A stretch of DNA of 64,000 nt from Caldilineaceae bacterium SB0661_bin_32 (GTDB lineage Bacteria > Chloroflexota > Anaerolineae > Caldilineales > Caldilineaceae). The position numbers and the translations under genes are program-made. The DNA is taken from NCBI GenBank assembly GCA_009841235.1, contig VXMH01000094.1, positions 3,434 through 67,433 on the forward strand, read 5' to 3'. The notes beneath the pieces are model-generated. The model did no database searches, was not told where the DNA came from, and saw only the letters and a program-made list of their open reading frames with translations. This document shows positions 27,250-36,871 of the stretch, in pieces; the stretch's first letter is position 1; each line of letters begins with the position of its first letter.

Positions 27250-28185
27250 CTATTGCTGTCGAAGGGGATCGAAGACATCACGCAGCGCGTCGCCAATGAA
27301 GTTGAAGCCAAGCACACAAAGGATCACGGCAAGGCCCGGCGGTATCCAGAGCCAGGGACGGATCTGCAGAACGACCAGGTTATTGGCCTGAAAGATCAGG
27401 TTTCCCCAGCTTGGCGTCGGAGGCTGCACACCCAGGCCGACAAAGCTGAGGCTGGCTTCGAGCAGGATGAAGCCGCCGATGCTGGTCACCATGCTGACCA
27501 GGATGATGCCGGACAGATTCGGCAGAATGTGCCGGAAGATAATACGACGGTTGTCTACCCCGATGGATCGGGCAGCCAGGATGTAGTCCTCTTCCCGCAC
27601 TGTCAGAATCTGGCCTCGAATCAAGCGGCACACACCGTGCCAATTCAGAAGTGCAATAGCAATAAACAGATTGACCAGGCTGGGTCCCAGCAAGGATACC
27701 ATGATCAGGAGCATCATGAAATCGGGAAATACCTGCATCACCTCGACTAGCCGCTGGATCAAGTTATCCACCCAGCCGCCGAAGAAGCCCGATATGGCGC
27801 CCATGAGCGTGCCGATGACCGTCTGCAGCATCACCCCCAGCGCACCGACCAGCAGGGAAATGCGTCCGCCATAGACGAGGCGAGACCACATGTCTCTGCC
27901 GATCGCGTCCGTACCCAGCCAGTGTTCGCTGCTCGGCGGTTTGACCAGGTTGTACGCGTCGGTTGCGGAAGGCTCATAGCTCGTCACCAGAGGCGCAGCC
28001 AGCGTGACGACCAACAGCGCGCCGATCATGATCGCGCCGAGGACGCCGAAACGATTGCGCAGAAAGTCCTTCCAGGCGCGAGACTGAAATAGGCCCTGTC
28101 GGCGCGTCAACGCGGCGTCGTCGCTCGCAGAGGGTTGCTCGCGCTGTAAGGAAGGTCGTTCCAATACCTCTGTACGTTTGGTCAT
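27250..28185 (-). CDS. ABC transporter permease, peptide/nickel/opine type (DppC/OppC-like)
   Basis: 311-aa polytopic ORF with the conserved segment EEDYILAARSIGVDNRRIIFRHILPN. Confidence 0.9.
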   Translation of the reverse strand: MTKRTEVLERPSLQREQPSASDDAALTRRQGLFQSRAWKDFLRNRFGVLGAIMIGALLVVTLAAPLVTSYEPSATDAYNLVKPPSSEHWLGTDAIGRDMWSRLVYGGRISLLVGALGVMLQTVIGTLMGAISGFFGGWVDNLIQRLVEVMQVFPDFMMLLIMVSLLGPSLVNLFIAIALLNWHGVCRLIRGQILTVREEDYILAARSIGVDNRRIIFRHILPNLSGIILVSMVTSIGGFILLEASLSFVGLGVQPPTPSWGNLIFQANNLVVLQIRPWLWIPPGLAVILCVLGFNFIGDALRDVFDPLRQQ

Positions 28186-28341
28186 AATGGTGAGCCCCAG
28201 TCCATGCCGAGAATCTCACGCCGCTGTGCACCGTTGTCTGGGCCGGAAATGAGGCCTGCGCCCGTCATCCTGAACGCAGCGCAGGATCTCATCGGTGTCC
28301 TCGCGAGATCTGCAGCTCTATTAAAGGCGATAAGAGGAAGC

Positions 28342-29346
28342 TCATCTATAGGCGATACGAGGATCGACAAACGCGTAGGCGATGTCGGCGATCAGATTTG
28401 CGATCAGCGTCAGGATGGCGATAACGATCACGTTGGCCATCATAACGGGGTAATCTTTCGACAGTGCAGCGTCCAGCACCCAGCGACCGATGCCAGGCCA
28501 GTTTGCCAAACGTTCTACCAGCACTGAGCCGGCAAACAGGGCCGGCAGCCGGTAGCTGACGATCGTCACGATCGGCATGAGCGCGTTGCGGAAGGCATGG
28601 CGCATGATCACGACACGCTCTGGGAGTCCTTTGGCCTGCGCCGTGCGCACGTAGTCCTCGCCCATCACCTCCAACATGCTGGTGCGTGCAAAGCGGATAA
28701 AACCGGCGGAACCACCCAGCCCGAGCACCGTGACCGGCAGGATCATGTGCTTGAGGCTGTCCCACAGTCCTCTATCGCCGCCTACGGAATACATCCCGCT
28801 TGCGGGGAGCCAGTTGAGCTGCAAGGCAAACACCCATATGGCCAGAAGCAGGAAGAAGAAACCGGGCAAGCTGAGAAAGAGGAATGAGATGACGGTGGTC
28901 ACGACGTCGAATAGCGAGTACTGGAAGAGGGCGGAGAGGACGCCCAGCCCAAGTCCTACCACAAGGCTGACCGCCAGGGAGGTTACCGTCAACCTCAGCG
29001 TCACCGGTAGTCTACGGACCATCTCCTCGAACACGTCCGCTTGATCAATCATCGAGCGGCCAAAGTTGCCCTGGGACAGGTTCCACAGCCAGCGGAGGTA
29101 CTGCACGTGGATAGGTTTGTCCAGCCCTAACTTCTCCTTAAGGTAGTCCTCGTATCCCTCTTTTGCCTCATATTTGTAGCCATGTCCGTCAATCGTGATT
29201 TCTATGTGTTCGAACGCAATATCGGGCGGCAACATGAATTGGGTGGGATCACCAGGCGCCAGGTGCATCAGTCCGAAGTTGACGATGGTAATAATGAAAA
29301 GGATCGGGAAGATGAGCCATATGCGCCGGATGATGTAAGTCGTCAT
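28342..29346 (-). CDS. ABC transporter permease, peptide/nickel/opine type (DppB/OppB-like)
   Basis: ATG 29346 (MTTYIIRRIW, the canonical DppB N-terminus) follows AGGGGG. Contains the segment EDYVRTAQAKGLPERVVIMRHAFRNA. Confidence 0.9.
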   Translation of the reverse strand: MTTYIIRRIWLIFPILFIITIVNFGLMHLAPGDPTQFMLPPDIAFEHIEITIDGHGYKYEAKEGYEDYLKEKLGLDKPIHVQYLRWLWNLSQGNFGRSMIDQADVFEEMVRRLPVTLRLTVTSLAVSLVVGLGLGVLSALFQYSLFDVVTTVISFLFLSLPGFFFLLLAIWVFALQLNWLPASGMYSVGGDRGLWDSLKHMILPVTVLGLGGSAGFIRFARTSMLEVMGEDYVRTAQAKGLPERVVIMRHAFRNALMPIVTIVSYRLPALFAGSVLVERLANWPGIGRWVLDAALSKDYPVMMANVIVIAILTLIANLIADIAYAFVDPRIAYR

Positions 29347-29361
29347 CAGACCCCCTGCGGC

Positions 29362-29397
29362 GGGCATAGGGGCACGAGGACGAACATCCCCATGCCC
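29362..29397 (-). promoter_or_regulatory. Intercistronic stem-loop after family-5 SBP gene
   Basis: GGGCAT(A)GGGG / CCCCATGCCC form a 10-bp stem with a one-base bulge. It lies between the SBP stop (29443) and the permease start (29346). Confidence 0.45.
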
Positions 29398-29442
29398 CTA
29401 CCCCTACCAATCAGATTCTACACAAACCCAATTCGGGCGTGG

Positions 29443-31134
29443 CTAGCCCTCATCATCGCAGATGTACCAGTCCAAGAGGCCATAGTCTGCACCGCCGCGG
29501 TGCACCAGCCCGGTTGTGGTGTTGGGAACGACACCGCAGATATTGGATCGCGTGCCCCACACGCGCATATTGGTGGAGAAGGTGATCCAGGGACCATAGT
29601 CGTACCAGATTTTGGTGGCCCTGGCGAGGTTTCTCGTGCGTACTTCATCATCGAGCGTGGCCCGGGCTTCCTTGCACAAGGTGCCGAATTCATCGTCGTA
29701 CCAGCCGGTATTCTCATAATTCCTGCCAAGCGGTCGATGGAAGTAGTAGCAGGCTCGGAGGCTATATCCCCGAACGGTTCCGCCGCCCCCTTCGCTAACG
29801 TCGTACTCGCCGGCGAGCAGTTTGTCAGGGAAGGCCAGGCCGACGATCTGCATCTCGACGTCCAATCCCACCTCGCGCATCATGTCAATCCACAGGTTCC
29901 AGATGGGCTTTTCAGCGTCATCGAGGAAGATGATGGTGCGGTCGGCATCCCATTCGCCCGCGTCGATGGCTTCCTGGATCAACTGCTTTGCCATTTCGGG
30001 GTCGTACTCGCGCCACACCATGTCCTCGGCTCGATAGGCTCCTTCGTTGGCCATCCAACTGTAGGTCTTGCTGCCATGCCCCAGCGTGTGGGCGGCGACG
30101 ATGGCGTCGCGGTCGGTGGCGTATTCCATCGCGTAGCGGATCTTGTCCGGTAGGGACCCGGGCCGGCGATTGAACTGAATCCCAAGCATCCCCAGAGATT
30201 CGTCCACGAGGATCTTCAGGTCGGGATTGCCCTCCAGGCCTTCGATGTCGCTCACCTGCAAGTACTGGGTGACATCCAGGTCGCCAGCGACCAGAGCCGG
30301 GAGCTGCGCTTCGTGTTCCATGGTGATGGCAATGATCTTGTCCACCTTGGGTTCGCCGAAGTACTTCGCGCCCCACCAGTCATCGACCGCAACAGCTTCG
30401 AAGAACACATCCCTCTCCAAGTCGCCCAGACGGAAGGGGCCGCTCACCACGGTGGGATTCATCGCCTCGGGATTCTCGCCGGTGATGAGGGTTTCCAGGG
30501 GAAACTTCTCAAAGATGTGCTTGGGAACAATGCCCACCCTGGGGCCGTACTCCTCGTGGTGCGGCGTGCAGTTGTTTCTGCCCTCTTGCATGTCAAAGCG
30601 GACCGTGTGGTCATCCACCATCACGATGCCCACGATCTCGTCGGCTTCGCCTTTCACGTACTCCTGCTCGCCGACCCACCCATAGTTCCGGTTCATGACT
30701 TCGGGATGGGACAACATTTCGAACGTATACTTGACGTCTGCTGAGGTCAGCGGGGTGCCGTCGGACCAGACGGCGTCTTCATACAGGTAGAAGGTGGCGG
30801 AGTCGCAGTTCTGCGTGAGCTCCCACTCCCTCGCCAGCCACGGCACCGCCTCGAAATCTCTGTTGTGGAGGAGCAACGGCATATAGAAGTAGGGTTCGAT
30901 GTCGCCCTGGGCCTTATAGGTAGGATAGGGGAAAATGTTGAACCCTTGGGCCCAATTGGAACGGAAGCCCACGCGGATCACGCGTTCACCATCCTCATCC
31001 ATTGTGGTGTCCGCGGCCTCTCCTCCGGATGTGGTGTCCGGAGCAGGCGCGGCCGGCGCGCCGCAGGCGGTCATGACCATGCCGAACGTCACCAGCATGG
31101 CGATAAGCGTGAGGTGCCAATGCTTGTTGTTCAT
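29443..31134 (-). CDS. ABC transporter substrate-binding protein, family 5 (peptide/opine type)
   Basis: ATG 31134 follows GAAAGGAAGGA. Lipoprotein signal MNNKHWHLTLIAMLVTFGMVMTAC. Length 563 aa. Confidence 0.85.
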   Translation of the reverse strand: MNNKHWHLTLIAMLVTFGMVMTACGAPAAPAPDTTSGGEAADTTMDEDGERVIRVGFRSNWAQGFNIFPYPTYKAQGDIEPYFYMPLLLHNRDFEAVPWLAREWELTQNCDSATFYLYEDAVWSDGTPLTSADVKYTFEMLSHPEVMNRNYGWVGEQEYVKGEADEIVGIVMVDDHTVRFDMQEGRNNCTPHHEEYGPRVGIVPKHIFEKFPLETLITGENPEAMNPTVVSGPFRLGDLERDVFFEAVAVDDWWGAKYFGEPKVDKIIAITMEHEAQLPALVAGDLDVTQYLQVSDIEGLEGNPDLKILVDESLGMLGIQFNRRPGSLPDKIRYAMEYATDRDAIVAAHTLGHGSKTYSWMANEGAYRAEDMVWREYDPEMAKQLIQEAIDAGEWDADRTIIFLDDAEKPIWNLWIDMMREVGLDVEMQIVGLAFPDKLLAGEYDVSEGGGGTVRGYSLRACYYFHRPLGRNYENTGWYDDEFGTLCKEARATLDDEVRTRNLARATKIWYDYGPWITFSTNMRVWGTRSNICGVVPNTTTGLVHRGGADYGLLDWYICDDEG

Positions 31135-31457
31135 CTCGTGTCCTTCCTTTCTGCAATTGTCTTGAGATTGTTCGGAGTAACTGAACGTGAGAGGGCCAAT
31201 GAGGACCGAAAGCGGCACGATATGATTAACGTAAGGGCGGGACCTTAAGACCGAGTCGGCCTCCCATTTACGTTGAACACTGCGAGGAATCCTAATGCGG
31301 GCAGAAACAGCCAAACCGCTCGATGAACATCCGGATCGCACTCATGATCATCGTCATCTGGCCGTCCAGCATTCGTACCACCACTGCTGGCTGATTCCCG
31401 ATCAGGTGCCGCCGTCTCGGCTAGTCATCCTTACGATGAATTTTTAATATAACATAT

Positions 31458-31486
31458 ACTGTAACATAGTGAAGACAAGAAGTCAA
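31458..31486 (-). promoter_or_regulatory. Candidate promoter for the family-5 ABC operon
   Basis: On the minus strand: TTGACT (31486-31481), 17-nt spacer, TACAGT (31463-31458). This would give a ~315-nt leader. Confidence 0.35.
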
Positions 31487-31578
31487 CAACGATAAATCTG
31501 ATGCTCATATACCGTCGCCGAAAGAAATTGGCCCAAAAACCGCGTTTTCCAACAGCCTGCAATATGGGCAATTACAGT

Positions 31579-33138
31579 TTAATTCTGACGTACCCCCTCA
31601 AATGTTTCGTTAACGATGAGTCCTGTCTTCTCATTCAGCACGATAGTTACTTTATCCGCTTCAAATGACATTCTGAGTTCGAATACGTTGATATCGGCCA
31701 TCTCATCTATGGTTAAAAGAAAATCTCCATTTGTATCCCAGTTTCCTGTTATTCCCGTAGACAGCCCAAATCGTCCAGGAACGATGGTGTAGATACCATC
31801 CAACCTCATTGGTGCCGCAAGTTGTGTCAATATTGGGGCCACAAGTTGGTTGAATTTTCCGGATGTGGGATCAATCATGGAAAACCTGACCTCTGCTTCT
31901 TCTTGACCATTGAAACGCAAAGAAATCGTCTTGAAGTTAAGAAAATTTTCATCAAGAACAAAAATTTCCCCTGATATGACTTGCGCTATTTCCGGCAAAT
32001 ATATATGTTGGAGAGACGGCGCGGCTGTAATCGCCTCTGTCTTCTGCTGAAGATTCTCATTACCTTCTGGATTTTTCGGTAATGCCTGATCTGATATCGA
32101 CAATATAAACTCACCAACTTTTTCTCCATCATATTCCAACAACTCATTCTCTCCACCAGTGATAACCGTTACGATATTTGCGTCTGGTAAAACAGTAAGC
32201 GATTGCCCACCACGACCAGCAGCATAGTACATTCCAGAAAAAGGCCCTTCTGAAACGACGTGCCAGGCATATCCATAATCGCGACCTGGACGGATGAAGG
32301 TATTCGTCTTTACCGCACGATCAACTTGGGTTTGTGTTGATTTTTCTACCCATTCTGCATTCAATAACTGTTTCCCCTCCCAGAGCCCATTGTTCAGATA
32401 AAGGTACCCTATCTTAGCCAGATCACGAGGATGCAGATGAAGATCCCCCCAACCTCTCGTTATTCCCTGAGGGTCTGCAGGCCAGATAACCTCATTAATG
32501 CCAAGCGGAGCAAAAAGGTATTTCTGCGCAAAATCGAGCAGGCTCATTCCTGTTGCCTTTGTCAGGATCGCCGAAAGTAAATGTGAATTTCCACTGCAAT
32601 AAGCATACTCTTCGCCCGGTCCCCTGGCCATGGGCAAATCTAACACAAACTGCACCCAATTTTCACTTGTGAACATCTCATTATGTTCTTTTTCTCCTGG
32701 TTGATATCCACAACTGAAACCGGAAGTCATGGTGAGCAGGTTTTCTATGGTTATCTTTTCTTTATTCGCATCAAGATTGGCAATGGTACGTTCTGGGAAA
32801 TAAGATAACAGGGGCTGTTCGACACTTTCAATAGAACCCTGATCAATAGCAATACCGATTAAAACCGATGTAATACTCTTGGTAACAGAAGCCACATCAT
32901 GGACAGTCCCACCCGGGGTGAATGGATAAAAGTAAGCATCTAGTCCGATATTGCCGTTTCGAATGATCAACATGCTATGAATGTTCAATTTGTTTTCCCG
33001 GTAAAAACTCAGTAATTCCACCAGGCTTTCGGAATCCATTCCTTGACTTTCTGGAGTTGAGGTCTGCCAATCTTCAGTAGGCCAGTTTATGGTTGCATTG
33101 GACGTGGAAGTGCCGCTAACACAATCTGAATTTTTCAT
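31579..33138 (-). CDS. Serine hydrolase / beta-lactamase-fold protein with extra C-terminal domain (low-GC gene)
   Basis: ATG 33138 follows GGAAGGAAG. SxxK motif in ASVTKSI. 519 aa with no obvious signal peptide. The line 31621-31680 has 24/60 GC by hand count. Confidence 0.8.
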   Translation of the reverse strand: MKNSDCVSGTSTSNATINWPTEDWQTSTPESQGMDSESLVELLSFYRENKLNIHSMLIIRNGNIGLDAYFYPFTPGGTVHDVASVTKSITSVLIGIAIDQGSIESVEQPLLSYFPERTIANLDANKEKITIENLLTMTSGFSCGYQPGEKEHNEMFTSENWVQFVLDLPMARGPGEEYAYCSGNSHLLSAILTKATGMSLLDFAQKYLFAPLGINEVIWPADPQGITRGWGDLHLHPRDLAKIGYLYLNNGLWEGKQLLNAEWVEKSTQTQVDRAVKTNTFIRPGRDYGYAWHVVSEGPFSGMYYAAGRGGQSLTVLPDANIVTVITGGENELLEYDGEKVGEFILSISDQALPKNPEGNENLQQKTEAITAAPSLQHIYLPEIAQVISGEIFVLDENFLNFKTISLRFNGQEEAEVRFSMIDPTSGKFNQLVAPILTQLAAPMRLDGIYTIVPGRFGLSTGITGNWDTNGDFLLTIDEMADINVFELRMSFEADKVTIVLNEKTGLIVNETFEGVRQN

Positions 33139-33240
33139 TCTGAACTTCCTTCCTGATTGGAGCGTGCCCAAGCCGGCGGATCGCGTATATCCGAGATATG
33201 CCCGTTGGTAAATTCTACTCACTCAGTAACCGGATTACGC

Positions 33241-34074
33241 CTACAGCTTGATGCCGCCCTGTGTCAAGCCCGTGACAAATTGACGCTGCAACGCCAGGAA
33301 CAGCATAAGCACCGGCGCGATCATCATCACTGCGCCGGCGCTGGTGAGCGACCAGTCGCGGCCGAAACGCTGTGTGAAGTTGTAGTAGCTTGTCGTCACC
33401 GGCATGAGCTCATCCCGCTGCAGGAAGATGAGCGCGGCCTGGAACTCGCTCCACACGCCCAACCCAACCACCAGACCTACCGTCAGAAAGGCCGGCCACA
33501 TGATTGGGATCACCACCCGCGTCATCACCTGCCACTCATTGGCGCCGTCCACGCGGGCCGCGTCCTCAAAATCCCGCGACAGACTCATGAGGAAGGAGCG
33601 CAGCAGGAAGATGGCGAACGGAGAATTGAAGGCAATGTACATGATGATCAGACCGGCGCGCGTGTCCAGCAGCCCCAGACTGCGCCACATGATGAACAGC
33701 GGGATGACATAGAGCCAGAAGGGAATGGTGGAGAGGGTCAACATGTAGACCAGATAGAGGTTGTCGCCCGGGGGATCGAGCCGCGCCAAGCTGTAGGCGG
33801 CCATGCCGCCCAGCACGAGAACGCCGGCAACGGTGAATACAACGTAGATCAGGCTGTTGGTCAGGGTGGTGGCAAACTCGCCCTGAACCCAGGCATTGAC
33901 GTAGTTCTCGATCTGAACGACCCGGGGAAGCCCAATAGGATTGGTACCCAAATCATTGAAGGATTTCAGCGAATTGAAGAACAGGACCAGGATCGGGCCC
34001 AGCGCAAGGCAGACCAGCAGAAGCAGGATGACATAGTTAAGAATCAGGTTTGACTTGCCTTTACGCTTAAACAT
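33241..34074 (-). CDS. Carbohydrate ABC transporter permease (MalG-type)
   Basis: EAA loop FEDAARVDGANEWQVMTRVVIPIMWP and C-terminal GGIKL. ATG 34074 lies 8 nt after AAGAGGA (ATG 34083 is an alternative). Confidence 0.9.
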   Translation of the reverse strand: MFKRKGKSNLILNYVILLLLVCLALGPILVLFFNSLKSFNDLGTNPIGLPRVVQIENYVNAWVQGEFATTLTNSLIYVVFTVAGVLVLGGMAAYSLARLDPPGDNLYLVYMLTLSTIPFWLYVIPLFIMWRSLGLLDTRAGLIIMYIAFNSPFAIFLLRSFLMSLSRDFEDAARVDGANEWQVMTRVVIPIMWPAFLTVGLVVGLGVWSEFQAALIFLQRDELMPVTTSYYNFTQRFGRDWSLTSAGAVMMIAPVLMLFLALQRQFVTGLTQGGIKL

Positions 34075-34131
34075 CAATGGCATCCTCTTGGTTATGCCGC
34101 GCCAAGCACAGTCGAGAGCGTCGCCAAGCGC

Positions 34132-35094
34132 CTAAACATCCCAGCCCCTGCGGCGAAAAAACACGAAAATCGTAGCCATGATACCGGCAATCGCGCTCAT
34201 GGTTATGCCGATTGCGGCGCCGTAGCCAGCCTCAAAACGCTGGAAGGCCTGTTTGTAAAGATAAGTGGCCAGCATCTCCGAACTGCCGGCAGGTCCGCCG
34301 TGGGTCAGGATCCACACATAGTCAAAGACCAGGAAGGACCAGATAGCCGTCATCATCAGCATGAAGAATACTGTCGGGCGGATTCCGGGCAAGGTGACGT
34401 GGAGGAACTCCTGCCAGCGATTGGCGCCGTCGATCTTGGCCGCGTCATACAGGTCCGATGGTATGCTCTGCATTGCGGTGAGGAAGAGGATCATCAGGAA
34501 CCCCCACCAGTGCCAGTTGTCGACGAAGGCGATCGCGGCCAGGGCGGTATTCTTGTCACCCAGATAGGGATAGGCCAGCCCTTTGATCCCCCAGTCTTCC
34601 AGGGCGGCGCCAAAGCCAAGTCTTGGATCGAGCAGCATACGCCAGATCGACGCGACCACAACACTGGGCAGCACATAGGGAATGAAAAAGGCGGTGCGGA
34701 TTGTCATTGAGCCGACGCGCACCTGCGCCAGGAGCGTGGCTACCGCGAGCGCCATGACAAATGGCACCGTGAGGAAGAAGGCCAGCCACATCAGGTTATG
34801 GCGAAGCGCCAGCAGAAAGTTGCGATCTTCGAAGAAGAGCTCGCGGAAATTGTCCAGCCCAACAAATTCTGCCTTGCCGATTCCGGACCATTCGGTCAAG
34901 GAGTAGTACATGCCGACAACGGACGGTCCGACGACAACCACGAGGTGCAGCAGGGTGATTGGCGCGATAAAGAGCCACGGCATGATCTGGCGGCGGAAGC
35001 GCCTACTGTGCAGCCAGGGTCGCTTGTGCTGCGTTACCGTGGTACCGTCGGCGGCGGTTGGGGATGTAGTTTGCAATTCATCCGTTTCGTTCAC
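34132..35094 (-). CDS. Carbohydrate ABC transporter permease (MalF-type)
   Basis: EAA loop LYDAAKIDGANRWQEFLHVTLPGIRP. GTG 35094 is preferred because the hairpin at 35231-35260 lies inside the longer ORF to 35271, but the start is uncertain. Confidence 0.85.
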   Translation of the reverse strand: MNETDELQTTSPTAADGTTVTQHKRPWLHSRRFRRQIMPWLFIAPITLLHLVVVVGPSVVGMYYSLTEWSGIGKAEFVGLDNFRELFFEDRNFLLALRHNLMWLAFFLTVPFVMALAVATLLAQVRVGSMTIRTAFFIPYVLPSVVVASIWRMLLDPRLGFGAALEDWGIKGLAYPYLGDKNTALAAIAFVDNWHWWGFLMILFLTAMQSIPSDLYDAAKIDGANRWQEFLHVTLPGIRPTVFFMLMMTAIWSFLVFDYVWILTHGGPAGSSEMLATYLYKQAFQRFEAGYGAAIGITMSAIAGIMATIFVFFRRRGWDV

Positions 35095-35230
35095 GGCAGA
35101 ATGATGGTAGCCCTCAAGCAGAAGCAGTTCAAAGTCAGCAATCGTTGTCAGATGCGCTACCGCTCCGCCATATGAGCGTTCGCGCGCCGGTGCTCTGACC
35201 TGTTCGGACGGGTTCCCGATGCTGGCAAAT

Positions 35231-35260
35231 GCGGTCCTCGTCCGGCAAGACGAGGACCGC
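35231..35260 (-). promoter_or_regulatory. Intercistronic stem-loop after SBP gene
   Basis: 11-bp perfect stem GCGGTCCTCGT / ACGAGGACCGC with an 8-nt loop, downstream of the SBP stop at 35344. Confidence 0.6.
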
Positions 35261-35343
35261 AACTGTTTCAATGCATGTGAAAATGGGCTCGCGCAGGGTC
35301 AGATATGCTACTGATTCGTCACTGGGCGTGCAGCAGGAGACCT

Positions 35344-36690
35344 TTAACGGTCGGGTATGACCAGAGTCTCGCCGGCCGCCAGCTCTTCCTGGAAGGCTTC
35401 GTCAACCGCGGCCATGTACTCCTCGGGCGTCATATCGCCCACCCAGACCTTCTCTATCTCTTCGTAGATCACCTGGTTCGTCTTGGGCGGGAAGAATGAC
35501 CAGGTGGTATAGCCGTAGTTGCCCTCATCCGACGCCTTGGCGAACTCAGACAGAAGATGGGCCATGCGCGGTTCAACGCCTTCCAGCTGGGCCGGATCAA
35601 GGCGAATCGGTGCGGTCGCATACTGGCACTCGACCAGCAGGCGTGACTGAATTTCGGCCGAGTTGTAGTGGGTCAGGAACTCGGCCGCGGCTTCGGGGTG
35701 TTCTGAGTTCCGATTGATCGATTGGGTGCTGCCGGTGCCGATGTTGAACATGGGATCGCCGGTCAGAGATGGCATGGGCACCCAGTCCCAATCGTTGCCA
35801 TGTTCGCTATCCTCGGTGAACATTTCGCCCACCAGGCTATCGTAGATCCAGGTTCCCTCCATGGTCATGGCAGCCTCCCCTGTGGCAAAGGCCGCGCGGG
35901 CGATAGAGAAGTCGGTGACCAGGAAGTTCTCGGGGCTGCCCATCCAGTAACCGGCCTGGAACATGCGGTTCAGGGTCTCGATGGCGGTGACAAAGTCAGG
36001 ATCCGTCCAGGAGATTTCACCCTTGAGGGCCTGGTAGACCTTTTCCGGTCCGGCGATCTTGTTGACAAACTCGGTAAAGAAGAACTCATTGTTGTCGATG
36101 GCGTCGGCCGCGCCCCCGGCAAAGGGAATGATACCGGCTTCCTGGATCTGGGCCGAGAGGGCTTCCAGCTCATCCATTGTGGTGGGCGGCTCCCAGCCAT
36201 TTTCCTCAAAAACTGTCCTATTGTAGAAGAGGACCATGGTCTCCAGCTCTTGCGGGAGGCTGTAGAGGGTGCCCTGTACGCGGCCCAGGTTCAAGGCCCA
36301 GGGCACGAACATCTCTTCCCAACCGAACTGGTCGGCCAGATCATCCAGCGGCATGAGCTGATCGGCGAGCGCGAATTCTGCCACAAATGATGGGCCGTGG
36401 GTTGGCACGATGTCGGGCCCGGCGCCGGCCGCGAGGGCAGGACGCACGGCATCCATCATGTTGGCCTTCTTTTCGGCAACTACCTCAATGGTGTCGCTCT
36501 GCTCGTTGAAGCTGTTTACGGCCACGTCGATAATGCAGTCAGCGCTTTCGGAGGTGCCTTGCCAGAAGGTGATCTGCACCTTTCCCGGCTCCCCTTCTCC
36601 CGATTGCGGTCCAGCCACGGGCGCACAGGCCGACACAAGCAGACCCAGGACCAGTAGCAGCGGGATCAGTCTCTTCAAGGTTGTGTGCAT
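35344..36690 (-). CDS. Extracellular solute-binding protein, sugar ABC transporter
   Basis: RBS AAAGGAGGG. Lipoprotein signal MHTTLKRLIPLLLVLGLLVSAC. 448 aa. Confidence 0.9.
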   Translation of the reverse strand: MHTTLKRLIPLLLVLGLLVSACAPVAGPQSGEGEPGKVQITFWQGTSESADCIIDVAVNSFNEQSDTIEVVAEKKANMMDAVRPALAAGAGPDIVPTHGPSFVAEFALADQLMPLDDLADQFGWEEMFVPWALNLGRVQGTLYSLPQELETMVLFYNRTVFEENGWEPPTTMDELEALSAQIQEAGIIPFAGGAADAIDNNEFFFTEFVNKIAGPEKVYQALKGEISWTDPDFVTAIETLNRMFQAGYWMGSPENFLVTDFSIARAAFATGEAAMTMEGTWIYDSLVGEMFTEDSEHGNDWDWVPMPSLTGDPMFNIGTGSTQSINRNSEHPEAAAEFLTHYNSAEIQSRLLVECQYATAPIRLDPAQLEGVEPRMAHLLSEFAKASDEGNYGYTTWSFFPPKTNQVIYEEIEKVWVGDMTPEEYMAAVDEAFQEELAAGETLVIPDR

Positions 36691-36765
36691 TTGAAGCCCT
36701 CCTTTGTCTGCAGCGGGTTCAATATAGACGAGAAATTCTTCAATGCCGGCACTACGTCGCGCGAC

Positions 36766-36794
36766 AGTTTAGCCCCGCCGTCAGGGGCTGTCAA
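36766..36794 (-). promoter_or_regulatory. Sigma70-like promoter for the minus-strand SBP operon
   Basis: Minus strand: TTGACA (36794-36789), 17-nt spacer (itself a GCCCC...GGGGC mini-hairpin), TAAACT (36771-36766). Confidence 0.5.
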
Positions 36795-36871
36795 ACGAAT
36801 TAAATTGACCCGGCTTGACCAATTGGGGCCGTCGCGACATGGGACAGAACCAAAGAATAGCCCGGATCTGA

